Below, piece after piece: positions 63,108 to 64,000 of a DNA stretch of 64,000 nucleotides. Under the pieces are notes generated by a model. That model made no database searches. It was not told the DNA's origin and saw only the letters and a program-made list of their open reading frames with translations. A program made the position numbers and the translations under genes. Position 1 is the stretch's first letter. Each line of letters begins with the position of its first letter. The stretch comes from an uncultured delta proteobacterium (GTDB lineage: Bacteria > Myxococcota_A > Polyangia > Palsa-1104), in the NCBI GenBank assembly GCA_963785725.1, contig CAWAWS010000016.1, positions 1-64,000 of the forward strand. The letters are read 5' to 3'.

Positions 63108-64000
63108 ATGCGCATTGCGGTCACCTTGGCGATGGCAACGACGGCCCTGATGTGGGGAGCGACAGCGAGCGCCCAAGCGCCCATCGACCCGTATCAGCCG
63201 GAACCGGCGGTTGCGCCTGGACCGCCGCCGGGGTTCATCCCGCCGGCTCCGGCGGTCATTCCGCCCGCTCCGCCGGCCGCGGTCGCCGCGCCGATGGATC
63301 CTTATAGCGCCTATCCCGCGCCGCCGGCCTACGGCTATCAGGCGCCGCAAACCGGACCGGCGGTCGTCCCGTCGCCGCCGGCTTACGAGCGCGGCTACTA
63401 TTTGTATTCGACGCCGGGCGCGCCGCCGGTCTATTACGCGCCGCCGCCGACGCAGTTCCGTCCTTCGTGCTCGAGCTACTGCGGCTGCTCCTGTTGCCAG
63501 CCGAACTGCCAGGCGCTCCGTTTGCGCCAGCCGAAGCGCAAGTGGGACGGCGTCCGCCGCTTCTCGCTCGGCGCGCACTTCGGCTTCATGTCGCTCGATC
63601 AGAAGGTCGGTAACCAGGCCGTCGTCATGGGCGGCGCCGGCTTCCAGCTGCGTCTGCGCTCGGCCGGGCACTTCGGCTTCGAGGCGTCGCAGAGCTTTCT
63701 GACGGCGTCGTTCTACAACGGCGCGTTCAGCCGCAACTCGTATCCGTTCCAGCTGTCGTTGATGTTCTATTTGTTCCCGAACCGCGACGCGCACCACTTC
63801 AACATCTACGCGCTCGCCGGCGTCGGCATCATGGGCGACGACGTCTCGCTCTACGACGAGAACCAGCGCAAGGTGACGCAGTCGTTCACCGAGTACGACG
63901 TGCACGCCGGTGGCGGCGCCGAGCTGCGCTTCAAGTGGTTCGGCATCGAAGCCGACGCGCGCTACGTCAAGCTGTGGCGCGACGACTCGAGCACGCCGGC
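63108..64000 (+). CDS. Outer-membrane beta-barrel protein with Pro/Tyr-rich N-terminus (partial, runs off the window)
   Basis: GGAGGAG SD; MRIAVTLAMATTALMWGATASAQ signal; amphipathic strands (FSLGAHFG, IYALAGVG, AGGGAELRF, IEADARY); absent from the ORF track. Confidence 0.75.
   Translation, partial: MRIAVTLAMATTALMWGATASAQAPIDPYQPEPAVAPGPPPGFIPPAPAVIPPAPPAAVAAPMDPYSAYPAPPAYGYQAPQTGPAVVPSPPAYERGYYLYSTPGAPPVYYAPPPTQFRPSCSSYCGCSCCQPNCQALRLRQPKRKWDGVRRFSLGAHFGFMSLDQKVGNQAVVMGGAGFQLRLRSAGHFGFEASQSFLTASFYNGAFSRNSYPFQLSLMFYLFPNRDAHHFNIYALAGVGIMGDDVSLYDENQRKVTQSFTEYDVHAGGGAELRFKWFGIEADARYVKLWRDDSSTP

Overview
The window is a chimera of two sources. (1) Bases 1-17041 form one imperfect fold-back: arms 1-8059 and 8917-17041 are reverse complements, separated by a low-complexity spacer containing a degraded Oxford Nanopore adapter (8878-8907). 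Each arm carries an alphaproteobacterial (Hyphomicrobiales-type) murA-DUF2948-hisD-UPF0262-methyltransferase operon, a secreted protein and a truncated NAD(P)/FAD oxidoreductase, with many frameshifts. This is most likely a template+complement long-read artefact. (2) Bases 17042-64000 look like a high-GC Myxococcota chromosome (inferred from the Ser/Thr kinases, PilZ, HEAT and Gly/Pro-linker lipoproteins), joined to the fold-back inside a GH55 gene. It contains a GH18+GH55 lipoprotein operon, an acyl-CoA synthetase, a TetR/FAD-monooxygenase/MFS island with readable operators, der, era, lgt, miaB, two Ser/Thr kinases, relA/spoT, gmk, yicC and an epimerase. The best candidate for a new system is at 22211-23805: a PlpX-like (splicease-type) radical SAM/SPASM enzyme directly behind a 102-aa zinc-ribbon + lipoprotein-signal precursor whose lipobox Cys is the X of an XYG motif (LMA-CYGSP). 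Also notable is a 95-bp structured intergenic repeat with compensatory stem changes (57828 and 62841). All family assignments come from motif recognition by eye; no database was searched.
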